Shown piece by piece: positions 40,549 to 49,278 of a stretch of DNA of 64,000 bases (position 1 is the stretch's first letter; each line of letters starts with the position of its first letter). This stretch comes from a virus: positions 34,147 to 98,146 of the IMG/VR virus record IMGVR_UViG_3300032893_000016; one strand, given 5' to 3'. The notes beneath the pieces are model-generated. The model worked only from the letters and a program-made list of their open reading frames with translations. It did no database searches and was not told the DNA's origin. Position numbers and translations under genes: made by a program.

Positions 40549-41247
40549 CTATTCTTTCAAAGCTTTATGCGTACTTTGCTTGACCTGACGATCGAGGCCG
40601 ATGGCATCCGCGGCCCGGAAACCGGCCACAGCGCCCTCTTCGTCCACCTCAACCATGGACTCTCGAATTTGAGGCTTGAAGCGCTCGTCAAAGGCCGCCT
40701 GAACCTGCTTCCCAAGACCGATGGGCACTGGCAGCCGGGAACCGTCCCCGCCGTCCACGCCCTTCTTTTCGGCCTCTGCCAGCAACAGGATCACCCGCTG
40801 GTCAAGGCGCACGGCCGCCGCATGGCGGAAGGCTTTTTCGTAATTGGCGGAAAGGTCTGGTTGCGCGGCCTTAATCGACTGGACCGCCCGGTCGATAGCC
40901 TGCTTTAAGTAGGCAGCGGCCAAGGTGGAAACCTGCACGTTGAGCGTGTGGCCATAAAGCAACATGATCGTGGAGCCATCCGCTTCACTGATCGTGTAGG
41001 CGCAGGTGCAATAGTTCAGCCGCGCGCCAGCCTGCCACACAATGCGCTCCCACTCGGAAACCATCGCCGGCTCGGTGTGGAACAGGACGAAGTCTTCTGG
41101 CCGCTGCTTCAGGTCGGCCAAGGTCAGGTTGTGCCGGGCCATCAGCGCGTGGAGCTTTTCCAGCGCCGACATGGCCTCATGCTCGTTGCTGCTTTGGGAC
41201 AGCGCCAGCAATTTGCGGGCGCGTTCTATGATGCTGCTGTCAGTCAT
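40549..41247 (-). CDS. DUF2786-domain protein
   Basis: IIERARKLLALSQSSNEHEAMSALEKLHALMARHNL. Confidence 0.85.
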   Translation of the reverse strand: MTDSSIIERARKLLALSQSSNEHEAMSALEKLHALMARHNLTLADLKQRPEDFVLFHTEPAMVSEWERIVWQAGARLNYCTCAYTISEADGSTIMLLYGHTLNVQVSTLAAAYLKQAIDRAVQSIKAAQPDLSANYEKAFRHAAAVRLDQRVILLLAEAEKKGVDGGDGSRLPVPIGLGKQVQAAFDERFKPQIRESMVEVDEEGAVAGFRAADAIGLDRQVKQSTHKALKE

Positions 41248-41476
41248 GTTGCTGCCCCGGATGAAACTTTGGGGTGTACTCAACACGGCCATCACAGTGC
41301 ACAGTCGCGACATGTTCGGCATTTTTAATACCGAAGGCATCGAGCGACTTGGTGGACTGGCAGGCGTAAAAGCTAAGGGGGCCATCTCCCAACCTGAAGC
41401 ATCGTACGTCGTAGGAGACCTGCTCCTTACGAGCGTTCTTTTGTGCTTCGTCGAACGCGAATTCTCGTAGACCCAT
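41240..41476 (-). CDS. Hypothetical protein
   Basis: ATG downstream of the conserved RBS 13-mer. Confidence 0.6.
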   Translation of the reverse strand: MGLREFAFDEAQKNARKEQVSYDVRCFRLGDGPLSFYACQSTKSLDAFGIKNAEHVATVHCDGRVEYTPKFHPGQQHD

Positions 41477-41482
41477 TTTTCA

Positions 41483-41535
41483 GCCCTCCTGAGGCATACC
41501 ACCATATAGGGGTTGCCCGGCCCGGCTGCAAGTAC
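41483..41535 (-). promoter_or_regulatory. Promoter plus conserved GCCTCAGGAGGGC element
   Basis: GTAC-TTGCAG-N16-CTATAT followed by the 13-mer. Confidence 0.65.
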
Positions 41536-41539
41536 TTAA

Positions 41540-41926
41540 TTACAGCTTATTATCTCGATACGCGATGATGACCTTCTCAGCCAGTTGTTGGGCGTCCGGA
41601 CCCAAGTCGTGCCACAACATATCAGGCAAGGCACTAGCCTCTTGGGCGAACCGGCCTAGGTACTTCTTCCTGCTTTCACCGGGCTTCTTTTTGATCTCCA
41701 TGATGGACACCAGCCGGAAGCAAGCAGTCCTCAAAGTGTCGCCCGCGATCTTTGCTTCGAGCGGCACGATCTTGTTGTAGCGATACTCAATTGCGCGCTG
41801 GATCAACTTCTCTTTTTCTTCCGAGCTCTTGGCCTTGATGGCGCGTACCAGCAAAGCGTCGACATGGCTTAAAAGGTATTTGAGCTGCGCACTCGTGTTA
41901 ACTTTCTTTTGCTTGTAGAAAGGCAT
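41540..41926 (-). CDS. Hypothetical protein sharing a domain with 29854-30519
   Basis: GGAGG RBS; KKPGESRKKYLGRFAQEASALPDMLWHDLGPDAQQLAE. Confidence 0.6.
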   Translation of the reverse strand: MPFYKQKKVNTSAQLKYLLSHVDALLVRAIKAKSSEEKEKLIQRAIEYRYNKIVPLEAKIAGDTLRTACFRLVSIMEIKKKPGESRKKYLGRFAQEASALPDMLWHDLGPDAQQLAEKVIIAYRDNKL

Positions 41927-42039
41927 GCTGACCTCCAAATGCAAAAAGCAAGAAGGCCACCCCGGTACCAATTTTAACACCCAACGGGATGGCCTTCTCT
42001 CCGCGCCGTTGTAGCACGTCCGGCAGCGGTGGCTAACTT

Positions 42040-42330
42040 TTACGCCGGCACAGATTCCTTGGCCAGCCGCTCGGCGGTGGCAAAGATATCGATGTCATCG
42101 GCCGTCTTCTCCGCACCAAGCTGGAGGACCAGCGCCGTGGCAAGGCCAGCCGCGCCACACTCGATACAATCGAGAGCAGACGACTGAACAGTGACGCCAT
42201 TGTCCTGATCGAAGTCGACATCGGCCAGATAAGAGTCGTTGCCTTGGGCAACCCGGACGCCGATAAAAGCAGCCTCAACAAACCTGTCTTCCCTGCGCAC
42301 AATGCGCGCAGTAATAACGGTGATTTTCAT
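42040..42330 (-). CDS. Hypothetical protein
   Basis: AGGAG RBS; upstream TTGCTT...CTATAT promoter-like sequence. Confidence 0.6.
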   Translation of the reverse strand: MKITVITARIVRREDRFVEAAFIGVRVAQGNDSYLADVDFDQDNGVTVQSSALDCIECGAAGLATALVLQLGAEKTADDIDIFATAERLAKESVPA

Positions 42331-42404
42331 GGTAGGTCTTTCTCCTGAGTATGCGTTGAACTAACGCATAACCATATAGGCCGTCCGCTCGTACAAGCAA
42401 GGGC

Positions 42405-43997
42405 TCAATCGTCGGGGCGCAGCATTTTTTCCGGGTTGCGCATCAGCGCCGCCATGAGATCATCACCTTCGCGATGGAAGTCGAGGATGCGCTGATCCAT
42501 AGTACCACGGACAGTGAAGTCCATTATGAAAGTGGTTTTGTCCTGACCGGGACGATAGGCGCGGCGCTCTCCCTGCTCGCGACCAATGGGGCTGACCGGG
42601 CTCTCATAAAAGAACTCGTAATTGGCGATGGGCAGGTCCAACGAATAGGCACCCAGGTCATTGTTCAGCACCAACCACTGCATGCCGCTGTCCGGGTCAT
42701 CGAACTCGCGGCGGATGCTGGTCTTATCTTTCGTACCGCCATACAGCCAACCATGCTTGACGCCGGCACGCTTGAGCTCTTTACAAATGCGCTGGCCTGA
42801 CCACGTGAATTGATGAAAGATGATGCCCTTGCAATCCTCCGGCACTTCCAGCACCGCCTCCATCAGATCGTCAAGCTTGGGGTTCTCCCTGAACTCGACC
42901 TGCGCCCGTTCGCCTGTCTCATCGTCGACGAAGCCAAGGAAGCCCGACGATATCTGGCGCATGCGCAGGAAGGCGTTTTTGATCTCGCGGAAATTACCGC
43001 GGCTACTTACAAACCGATTGGCTTCCTTATCTAGGTATCCTTGGGCCTCGGTAGACAGCGACACGATACGGGGCGGCACTCGTACAAGCGGCGGAAGGTC
43101 GATGCACTCATGAATTGAGTATGTAATGGATCGGTGATCCATGACACGGGCCAACTCTTCTTCCATGCTGGCCTTGAAGGTGTAATCGTAGGCGTACTTT
43201 CCTCCCCACCTATTTTTCTTTTTGGAGAAGAAGGCTTCCCGGAAGAGCTCAAGCGTGGGGCCAAGGGTTGCTCCGTGGTCGATGATGCGATACTGCGCCC
43301 ACAGCGGTGTGGGGTCGCGGCCAAAGGGGCGGCCCGCCAAAGCATAGCGGTAGTGGGTGCCCTTGGAAATCTGGTAGCACACCTTGTGGATTTTGCTGCC
43401 ATGATTGCCAACCTTGGTACTTTCATCCAGCACCAGCCCTTGCGCATTACTCGAGAGCAGCTTGATCTTCTTTGGGTCGGGCTTCATTTGCCCGCCCTCT
43501 CCATCCGCGCGCCGCACGCGCTTGGTCCCCATGTGCATCAGGCCGGGGTACGAGGCTAGGATCATGGGCGACTGCGTCTCAGCCAGAAGCATCCACTTTT
43601 CGGCCGTCGCACCATTGGCCAACGTCACGTAGCCGAGGCCAAGGTCCCACCGCGGGTCGTTGAGATGCTTCTCCCATCCGTACAGGGAACTCTCGCCGGG
43701 CGCGAGGATGATGGAACGATCGAGCTTGTAGGCATCATAGAAGTACCGCATTAGCTCCAGCGTAAGCAACGTCTTGCCGGTGCCCATGTCCAACCAGAAC
43801 AGGAACTGCGGGTAGGCCACACCCAACAGAAAGCACAGCTTCTGATGAAGCATGAGCTCGAACACTTTCTTGCGCGGGCGCGGGCGCAGCTTCCAAAGTG
43901 CTTCGTCTATGTCGTCATGCCCGAGGGCCTTCATCCAACTAAAGGAATCCCGAGGCTTGTCAAGGTAGGCGTCAATCGCGTAGCGCGTCAGAACCAC
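42405..43997 (-). CDS. SNF2-family helicase
   Basis: DMGTGKT, LVLDES, LAGRP, RMRQISSGF, ERRAYRPGQ. Confidence 0.9.
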   Translation of the reverse strand: MVLTRYAIDAYLDKPRDSFSWMKALGHDDIDEALWKLRPRPRKKVFELMLHQKLCFLLGVAYPQFLFWLDMGTGKTLLTLELMRYFYDAYKLDRSIILAPGESSLYGWEKHLNDPRWDLGLGYVTLANGATAEKWMLLAETQSPMILASYPGLMHMGTKRVRRADGEGGQMKPDPKKIKLLSSNAQGLVLDESTKVGNHGSKIHKVCYQISKGTHYRYALAGRPFGRDPTPLWAQYRIIDHGATLGPTLELFREAFFSKKKNRWGGKYAYDYTFKASMEEELARVMDHRSITYSIHECIDLPPLVRVPPRIVSLSTEAQGYLDKEANRFVSSRGNFREIKNAFLRMRQISSGFLGFVDDETGERAQVEFRENPKLDDLMEAVLEVPEDCKGIIFHQFTWSGQRICKELKRAGVKHGWLYGGTKDKTSIRREFDDPDSGMQWLVLNNDLGAYSLDLPIANYEFFYESPVSPIGREQGERRAYRPGQDKTTFIMDFTVRGTMDQRILDFHREGDDLMAALMRNPEKMLRPDD

Positions 43998-45442
43998 TAA
44001 TCGTCCTCGTTGTCCCCGTTCACGTCCGGAGCCTCAGCGCGCACCATATCCCAATACCTACTATTCGCCAGCCGCATACTATCAACGGCGAACTGGCCGG
44101 TCTTGTACAACTGCGACAGCAGCACCGTGAACTTATCCTCGTCGGACCGGGCCTTGTCGACGAAGATGCGCGCAAGGTTCAATTCGTGCTCCTGCGCCGT
44201 CTGGCTGTACGTCAGCACCATGTCGGCCGTTTGCAGCTTGGAGAAGTCTTCCGCCACCAACTGGCCTGTGACCAAGCGGCTGTTCATTGCCTGCCGCGAT
44301 GCCTGCGAGGGCGCGACCAGCGCGAACTTGCGGGTGTCGGCCAGCCCACGCAGCTCCTTGTACAAAAGCCCCAACCCCAGCCGCAGATTGTCCGCGCCGC
44401 CTTGGATCTTCATCAAGTCCGGATAATCGAGCAGCACCACGTCGGGCACGAAGCGCGTGGACAGCTCCAACATGTCCAGATAGCTTTCCAGCTTCTGGAC
44501 CGTGAGGGCATTGGTGGGGAACTTCTTGATGACCAGCCTGCCGAACCGATCACCCCATTGGTCCATCCGCTTGCCAAGCTTGGTACGGATGTTCGGGTCC
44601 GCGAGCCAAAGCTTCGGCATCTGTGTGCGGAACTCAAAGCCCGTCAGCCTATCCAGCTCATCAAGCGTGAAGGCCGTGCGGTCAAACTCTTCCTTGCGCT
44701 TGGCCACGGCAAACAGCGACTGCATGTAGCGCTGTGCAACCTGGGGCTCCGGCATTTCCAACGAAATGTGTAGCACCTTGGCGGACTGCAGGAGGCAATG
44801 CTTGCCGACGTGAACCACGAACCAGCTTTTGCCGCCGCCCTTGACCGCAATGAAGACGAGAAGCTCTCCCCGTGTCGGGCCAATGTTCAGGCGATCAAGG
44901 GGCGGGATGCCGATTGAGTAAGCGGTGTTGGGGCGATCCAGAAACTCGAAGACCCGGTTCTTATCGTTCAGGAACGTACCAAGGTCCATGCTGTCGGGCT
45001 GGACCCGCAGCGCATCATTGAGCATGCGCTCAACATCGTCGGAGGCCTCGGGCCCTCCTTGCTGGATACGCATGCCTGCGTTCAACAACGCAGACCGAAG
45101 GGTCTGTTTCCTGATGAACTCGTTCAGCCGGTTGAACGTAAACTCGGCGTTCAATCCGTTGGCAAGGTCCATCATGCCATTTACGATCGTGGACCAGCTC
45201 CGGTAATCCCGGTGCTTCGGATCGTCCAGCACATCGTCGAACACATCGCCAATATGGGCATCGCCGGGTGGCTTGCCATAACGCCGGCGATAGTCGAGCA
45301 GCCGGTCGGCTATATCTCGGTAGGCGATATCGAAATGGCCGGGGGCGAGCAGCCCTGCCGCTATGGCACCGAAGCGCTCATCGTAAGCCAGAAGGGTTAA
45401 AACCGACTCCTGAACCGGCGCAGATAACCTATCCTCTGCCAC
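43997..45442 (-). CDS. DnaB-like replicative helicase
   Basis: Walker A GGGKSW, HISLEM, LLDYPDLM, PSQASR, AEDFSK. Confidence 0.88.
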   Translation of the reverse strand: MAEDRLSAPVQESVLTLLAYDERFGAIAAGLLAPGHFDIAYRDIADRLLDYRRRYGKPPGDAHIGDVFDDVLDDPKHRDYRSWSTIVNGMMDLANGLNAEFTFNRLNEFIRKQTLRSALLNAGMRIQQGGPEASDDVERMLNDALRVQPDSMDLGTFLNDKNRVFEFLDRPNTAYSIGIPPLDRLNIGPTRGELLVFIAVKGGGKSWFVVHVGKHCLLQSAKVLHISLEMPEPQVAQRYMQSLFAVAKRKEEFDRTAFTLDELDRLTGFEFRTQMPKLWLADPNIRTKLGKRMDQWGDRFGRLVIKKFPTNALTVQKLESYLDMLELSTRFVPDVVLLDYPDLMKIQGGADNLRLGLGLLYKELRGLADTRKFALVAPSQASRQAMNSRLVTGQLVAEDFSKLQTADMVLTYSQTAQEHELNLARIFVDKARSDEDKFTVLLSQLYKTGQFAVDSMRLANSRYWDMVRAEAPDVNGDNEDD

Positions 45443-45446
45443 CCCT

Positions 45447-46292
45447 TCATTCCTGTCCCATAAACAGGTGCGTCTGGCACGAGAACCTGAATCCGCACTC
45501 CATGCAAATATCGGAGGCGTGCTTATAGTTGCGCATCGTGGCCTCGCGGTCGATCAGCCCGCTGTCCCACATGTTGGGAACCTCGCCAAAGCGCACCGCC
45601 CGCTTGTACACCGTCAGCGGGGAAATGTAAACCTTACCGCGCACTTCCTCCTGCGTGGCCCACGCCGGCACAGAAAAGTAGGGGCTGTCCGTGTCCGCGC
45701 TGACGACAAACTTGAAAGCATCAACCCGGTTGATGTAGCCGACACGCGGCTCCCGGTACACGCCTTTCGTGACCTTGGGGCTGACCACCAGCTTGACCGT
45801 TGAACGCAAGGGGTAGGGGCCATCGATGAACGGCCGCTGGATGTTGTCGCCATTGCTCTCGATCTGAACCGTGAGGCCACCGCCCGCCTCCTGCAACGCC
45901 CGGCACAGATGGGGCAGCATGGGCTGAAGCATGGGCTCCCCGCCCGTGATCACCACGAGGCTGTAGGGATAGGCCAAGACCTTGACCGATGAGAAACGAT
46001 CGTCCTCAATCGTCTTTTCGGGGGCGCACTCACGCACCGCCTTGACAACCTGCTCCACCGTCATGGACATTGAGTTCTCCAGCTCAAAGCTGGTATCGCA
46101 GAACTCGCAACCCATGCCCTCTTTCTGCCCGCGGTTGCAACCCGCCAGCCGGACAAAGACGGCCGGATGCCCGGCGTAAGGCCCCTCACCCTGAATTGTG
46201 TAGAAAATCTTTGTAACGCGCAGCAAAGGGCTCAGCCCTTCATAGTCGGCAGGACCCGCGTTCTTGTCCTGATGCTGGATGTAATGAACCAA
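45447..46292 (-). CDS. queE: 7-carboxy-7-deazaguanine synthase (radical SAM)
   Basis: FYTIQGEG, FVRLAGCN...CEFCDT, ITGGEP, IESNG, VSPK, QTH. Confidence 0.93.
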   Translation of the reverse strand: MVHYIQHQDKNAGPADYEGLSPLLRVTKIFYTIQGEGPYAGHPAVFVRLAGCNRGQKEGMGCEFCDTSFELENSMSMTVEQVVKAVRECAPEKTIEDDRFSSVKVLAYPYSLVVITGGEPMLQPMLPHLCRALQEAGGGLTVQIESNGDNIQRPFIDGPYPLRSTVKLVVSPKVTKGVYREPRVGYINRVDAFKFVVSADTDSPYFSVPAWATQEEVRGKVYISPLTVYKRAVRFGEVPNMWDSGLIDREATMRNYKHASDICMECGFRFSCQTHLFMGQE

Positions 46293-46329
46293 AGGAATCT
46301 CCGCCTAGCCTGCTAGGCAGACATACCCC

Positions 46330-48225
46330 TCAGTTGTTCGCGAAGACCAACTTGGAGAAAAGGTAGCGCGCATGCCTGTACAGCAGGCCCGGCAGATACG
46401 CACCCCAAATGAAAGTCATCAGGACATGCGCGAACACATTGTACGCATACCCCAGCTTCGCGCGAGCGCCAAGGTAGGACGAAAAGCCCACCCCAAGATA
46501 GAAGCCGGTCAGCAACGCGAGAGTTGCAGCCGACAAAATCTGTACACTATGCCACACGTTACCCAACATTATTTTTCTGCCCTATAAAGGAAGAACCGGT
46601 ACTGCGCAATACCAACTGCTTGAGTAGCCCGTTGGACAAGTACCCGGGGAAAGCTTTTTCTATGGCTTCCGGGATTTTGTCCACATTGGCAAGTACTAGG
46701 GAAGGCGACAAGGTAGCCCACCTTAGTACATCATCGCACAAGCATTTGGCGGCCAAACGGCAGAGGGCAAGCCGGATGGTGGTCTGGTTAGGGATGCCAT
46801 GCTTGGGATCAAAAAGCAGCTCAGCCACCGGAGAGACCTTCGACGAATAGACCTTGTAGCATTTTGAACGCTTGAGAGCCGGAATGGCTGCACTGGAAAT
46901 GAGGCCCCGGTCACCTAATTCCATCATGAGGCCGTCGAAAACGAAGTCACGGTTGCTGAAATGTTCAGGGTCAGGGATACTGAACTGGCGAATTCTACTA
47001 CCGCCATCCATTGCATCCAGCGCGCGGAGCTTGCCGCGCACCTCGCTGCGCTGCTCAGGCGAGAGGCGTGGCAGCGCATCGAGCACCGTCTTCATCAACT
47101 CATTCGTAATCATGTCAGCTTTGTGAGCTCCCGAACCATGAACTCGTGGAGCTGTTGCTCCGTGTCGAACCCGACACCGCCATTACCGCGGCTCCGATCC
47201 CACTCCAGCACATACTTTCCACGAGGATGCGCGCCCTTCTCATGTATGCTCACACGAGCGATCATGACCGCGCCTACATAATAGGCCCGGTCTCCGAACT
47301 GGAGCGCCTGCCACGTCAGCACCGACTTCAGCCGGGCCACGGTTCCACCCTTGCCCGTACTTGGTTTATCGACAGCGTCGGTCAGCCGGATGCGTTCCAT
47401 GCCAAAGCATACTTATCGGGATTTTGTCCTCAAGGAATCCAGCACGTCAGCGGCCTCCCGCAGGTCATCCGCCCATTGCATCAGCAAGGCAGGGCGCAGC
47501 CCACGCCGGCACACAAGGATGGTGCACAAGGCCCCGGCCGTCTTGGCGACCAGCCGCCACGCACGCTCCAAACCTGCGTGCGGGGAATCCATCAGTCGCG
47601 GGTCTTACGCGCGATCTCGGTCAGCTTCTTGACGGCGGAGGGGGTCAGAACCTTCAGCTTTTTATTCAGCCTCAGCACTTCTTCTGCCGCGAACCTAGCA
47701 TCCGCCCGCGCCTTACGGTCATCGTCAGCCTGCTTGATCTTTTCGATGGCAGCATCGGGCAACACGCCCATCTTGGCAAAGCCGTACAAAACCCGAAGGC
47801 CCCTGCCGGTGTTGCCATCAATGTGCGATCCACCCAAACGAGTGTTGACATTGTTCAGGATCGAACAGTAATAACGAAAGTTGGTGCTTGACCGCGTGAT
47901 CGGCGGCAAAACCATCCAAGTGTTGCCCGCCTCCCTGAACACGGTGGCGTTCTTGATGACCTTGTCGGTCGGAAAGCGCCGCACCGGAAACCGGCCCAGC
48001 GCTTTGGGAATTGAAATGTAGAAGATGCGCTCACTTGGCATTGCTGCCTCCCTGCCTGAATGCGGTTGCGTAGCGCATGGCATCTTCGTGCTGGACATTT
48101 TCATGCCCGCGCTCCATGAAGGAACGATAACGATCGTATTCGCGACGGCCGAGGCCAAGCTCTTTGCGCCGGGCCAAAGGCAATTCGTACGCACGACCAT
48201 AATGAACGTTGACTTTCTCAGCCAT
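46330..48225 (-). other. Hypothetical CDSs (46330-46569 membrane protein, 46559-47113, 47110-47400, 47592-48041, 48031-48225)
   Basis: Consecutive overlapping ORFs. Confidence 0.55.
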
Positions 48226-48245
48226 GCAAATCTCCTAGGTGGCAA

Positions 48246-48271
48246 GGTGCCGGGCGTTGCGACCCGGCACC
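48246..48271 (-). terminator. GC-rich hairpin directly after the Tas-like gene
   Basis: GGTGCCGGG/CCCGGCACC 9-bp stem; no clear U tract. Confidence 0.45.
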
Positions 48272-48283
48272 CTTCCCTAATAC

Positions 48284-49153
48284 TTACTCAGCCGCAAGAC
48301 CGCTGGTGTCGTTAGGCGCGGGAATGCGGTGAGCATGGCCCAAGATCGCAATTGGATAAGGCACAGGAGGCTCCTTGTGCAAGAGCAACCGGAATCCCAT
48401 CTCATGATAGTGGGCGAGGAACAGCTTCACCGCGTACCGCTTGGCACGAGCGTGGATATGCGCGGGCGGCAACTTGCCCGACGAATACCACTTATAGGCA
48501 TCGGTGTTCTTGCCAATCTTGAACTTGGCAAGCTTGGCCGCCGCCTGCTCGGCGAAGAGACCGGCGTCGTTCTTCTTGATCTCCTCCGCCTTGCGCTGGG
48601 CATAGATCTGCCCGTACACATCGTCCTCCCGGTTCTGGACCTTGACGAAGGATTCACCAATCTTCCAGCAAAGGGTCTTCAGCGTGGCGTTCCACGGCCG
48701 CTTCTGACCCTTCTCCCACACGGAGGTCGGATCATAACCCGCGTAGCGCCAAATGCTACCCGCAGTCATGCCCTTGCCCTTGTCGCCCGGCTTATTCGGA
48801 TCAGGCGGCACCCCGATCTGAATATGGGCAAGGAGGCCCGCCGCGATGACGGGGCCGATGCCACAAATCGACATGGCCCACTTACCGAGCGGGTTGGCTT
48901 CGGCATACTTCTCCAGCGCCCGCTTGATCTGCTTCTCCATGATGTCATCCTGCATGTTCAGCCAGTTGATGACACTGTGGGGCTCGCCGCTTTCCGACAG
49001 CGCCCGGATCTGGTTGCCCGTCCGGATGCGGCCTTCCTGCATGGTGTAATAGGCGTCGACAAGAAAGCGGGCTTCATCCGCTCCCAAGGTCGCCGCCGAC
49101 TTGGCCAGATCGCGTGATAGCGCACTGACCTTCGGTTCGACTGTCTCGTCCAT
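48284..49153 (-). CDS. IS110-related Nop-domain RNA-binding protein without nuclease domain (TasA-like effector)
   Basis: GAGGAG RBS; coiled coil then SICGIGPVIAAGLLA, IWRYAGYDP, PWNATLK, YGQIY..RK, HIHARAKRYAVKLFL; no N-terminal DEDD RuvC; adjacent to 36-nt dual-repeat array. Confidence 0.8.
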   Translation of the reverse strand: MDETVEPKVSALSRDLAKSAATLGADEARFLVDAYYTMQEGRIRTGNQIRALSESGEPHSVINWLNMQDDIMEKQIKRALEKYAEANPLGKWAMSICGIGPVIAAGLLAHIQIGVPPDPNKPGDKGKGMTAGSIWRYAGYDPTSVWEKGQKRPWNATLKTLCWKIGESFVKVQNREDDVYGQIYAQRKAEEIKKNDAGLFAEQAAAKLAKFKIGKNTDAYKWYSSGKLPPAHIHARAKRYAVKLFLAHYHEMGFRLLLHKEPPVPYPIAILGHAHRIPAPNDTSGLAAE

Positions 49154-49278
49154 TGTACTCTTTCTCCTCATTGCCGCAAAATTGCAGCAAGTAGGTACAT
49201 ATGCCTAAGTACACGTCGGCGCAAGAACATTCAGGGTGTAAGGTACTTACTCCGCAGACATAATTCATTTAAGTACAA

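Noticed and set aside
48284-49171. Active IS110 insertion sequence
   Set aside because: No DEDD RuvC domain or catalytic serine loop and no recognisable IS ends; the intact RBS and adjacent array fit a domesticated gene.
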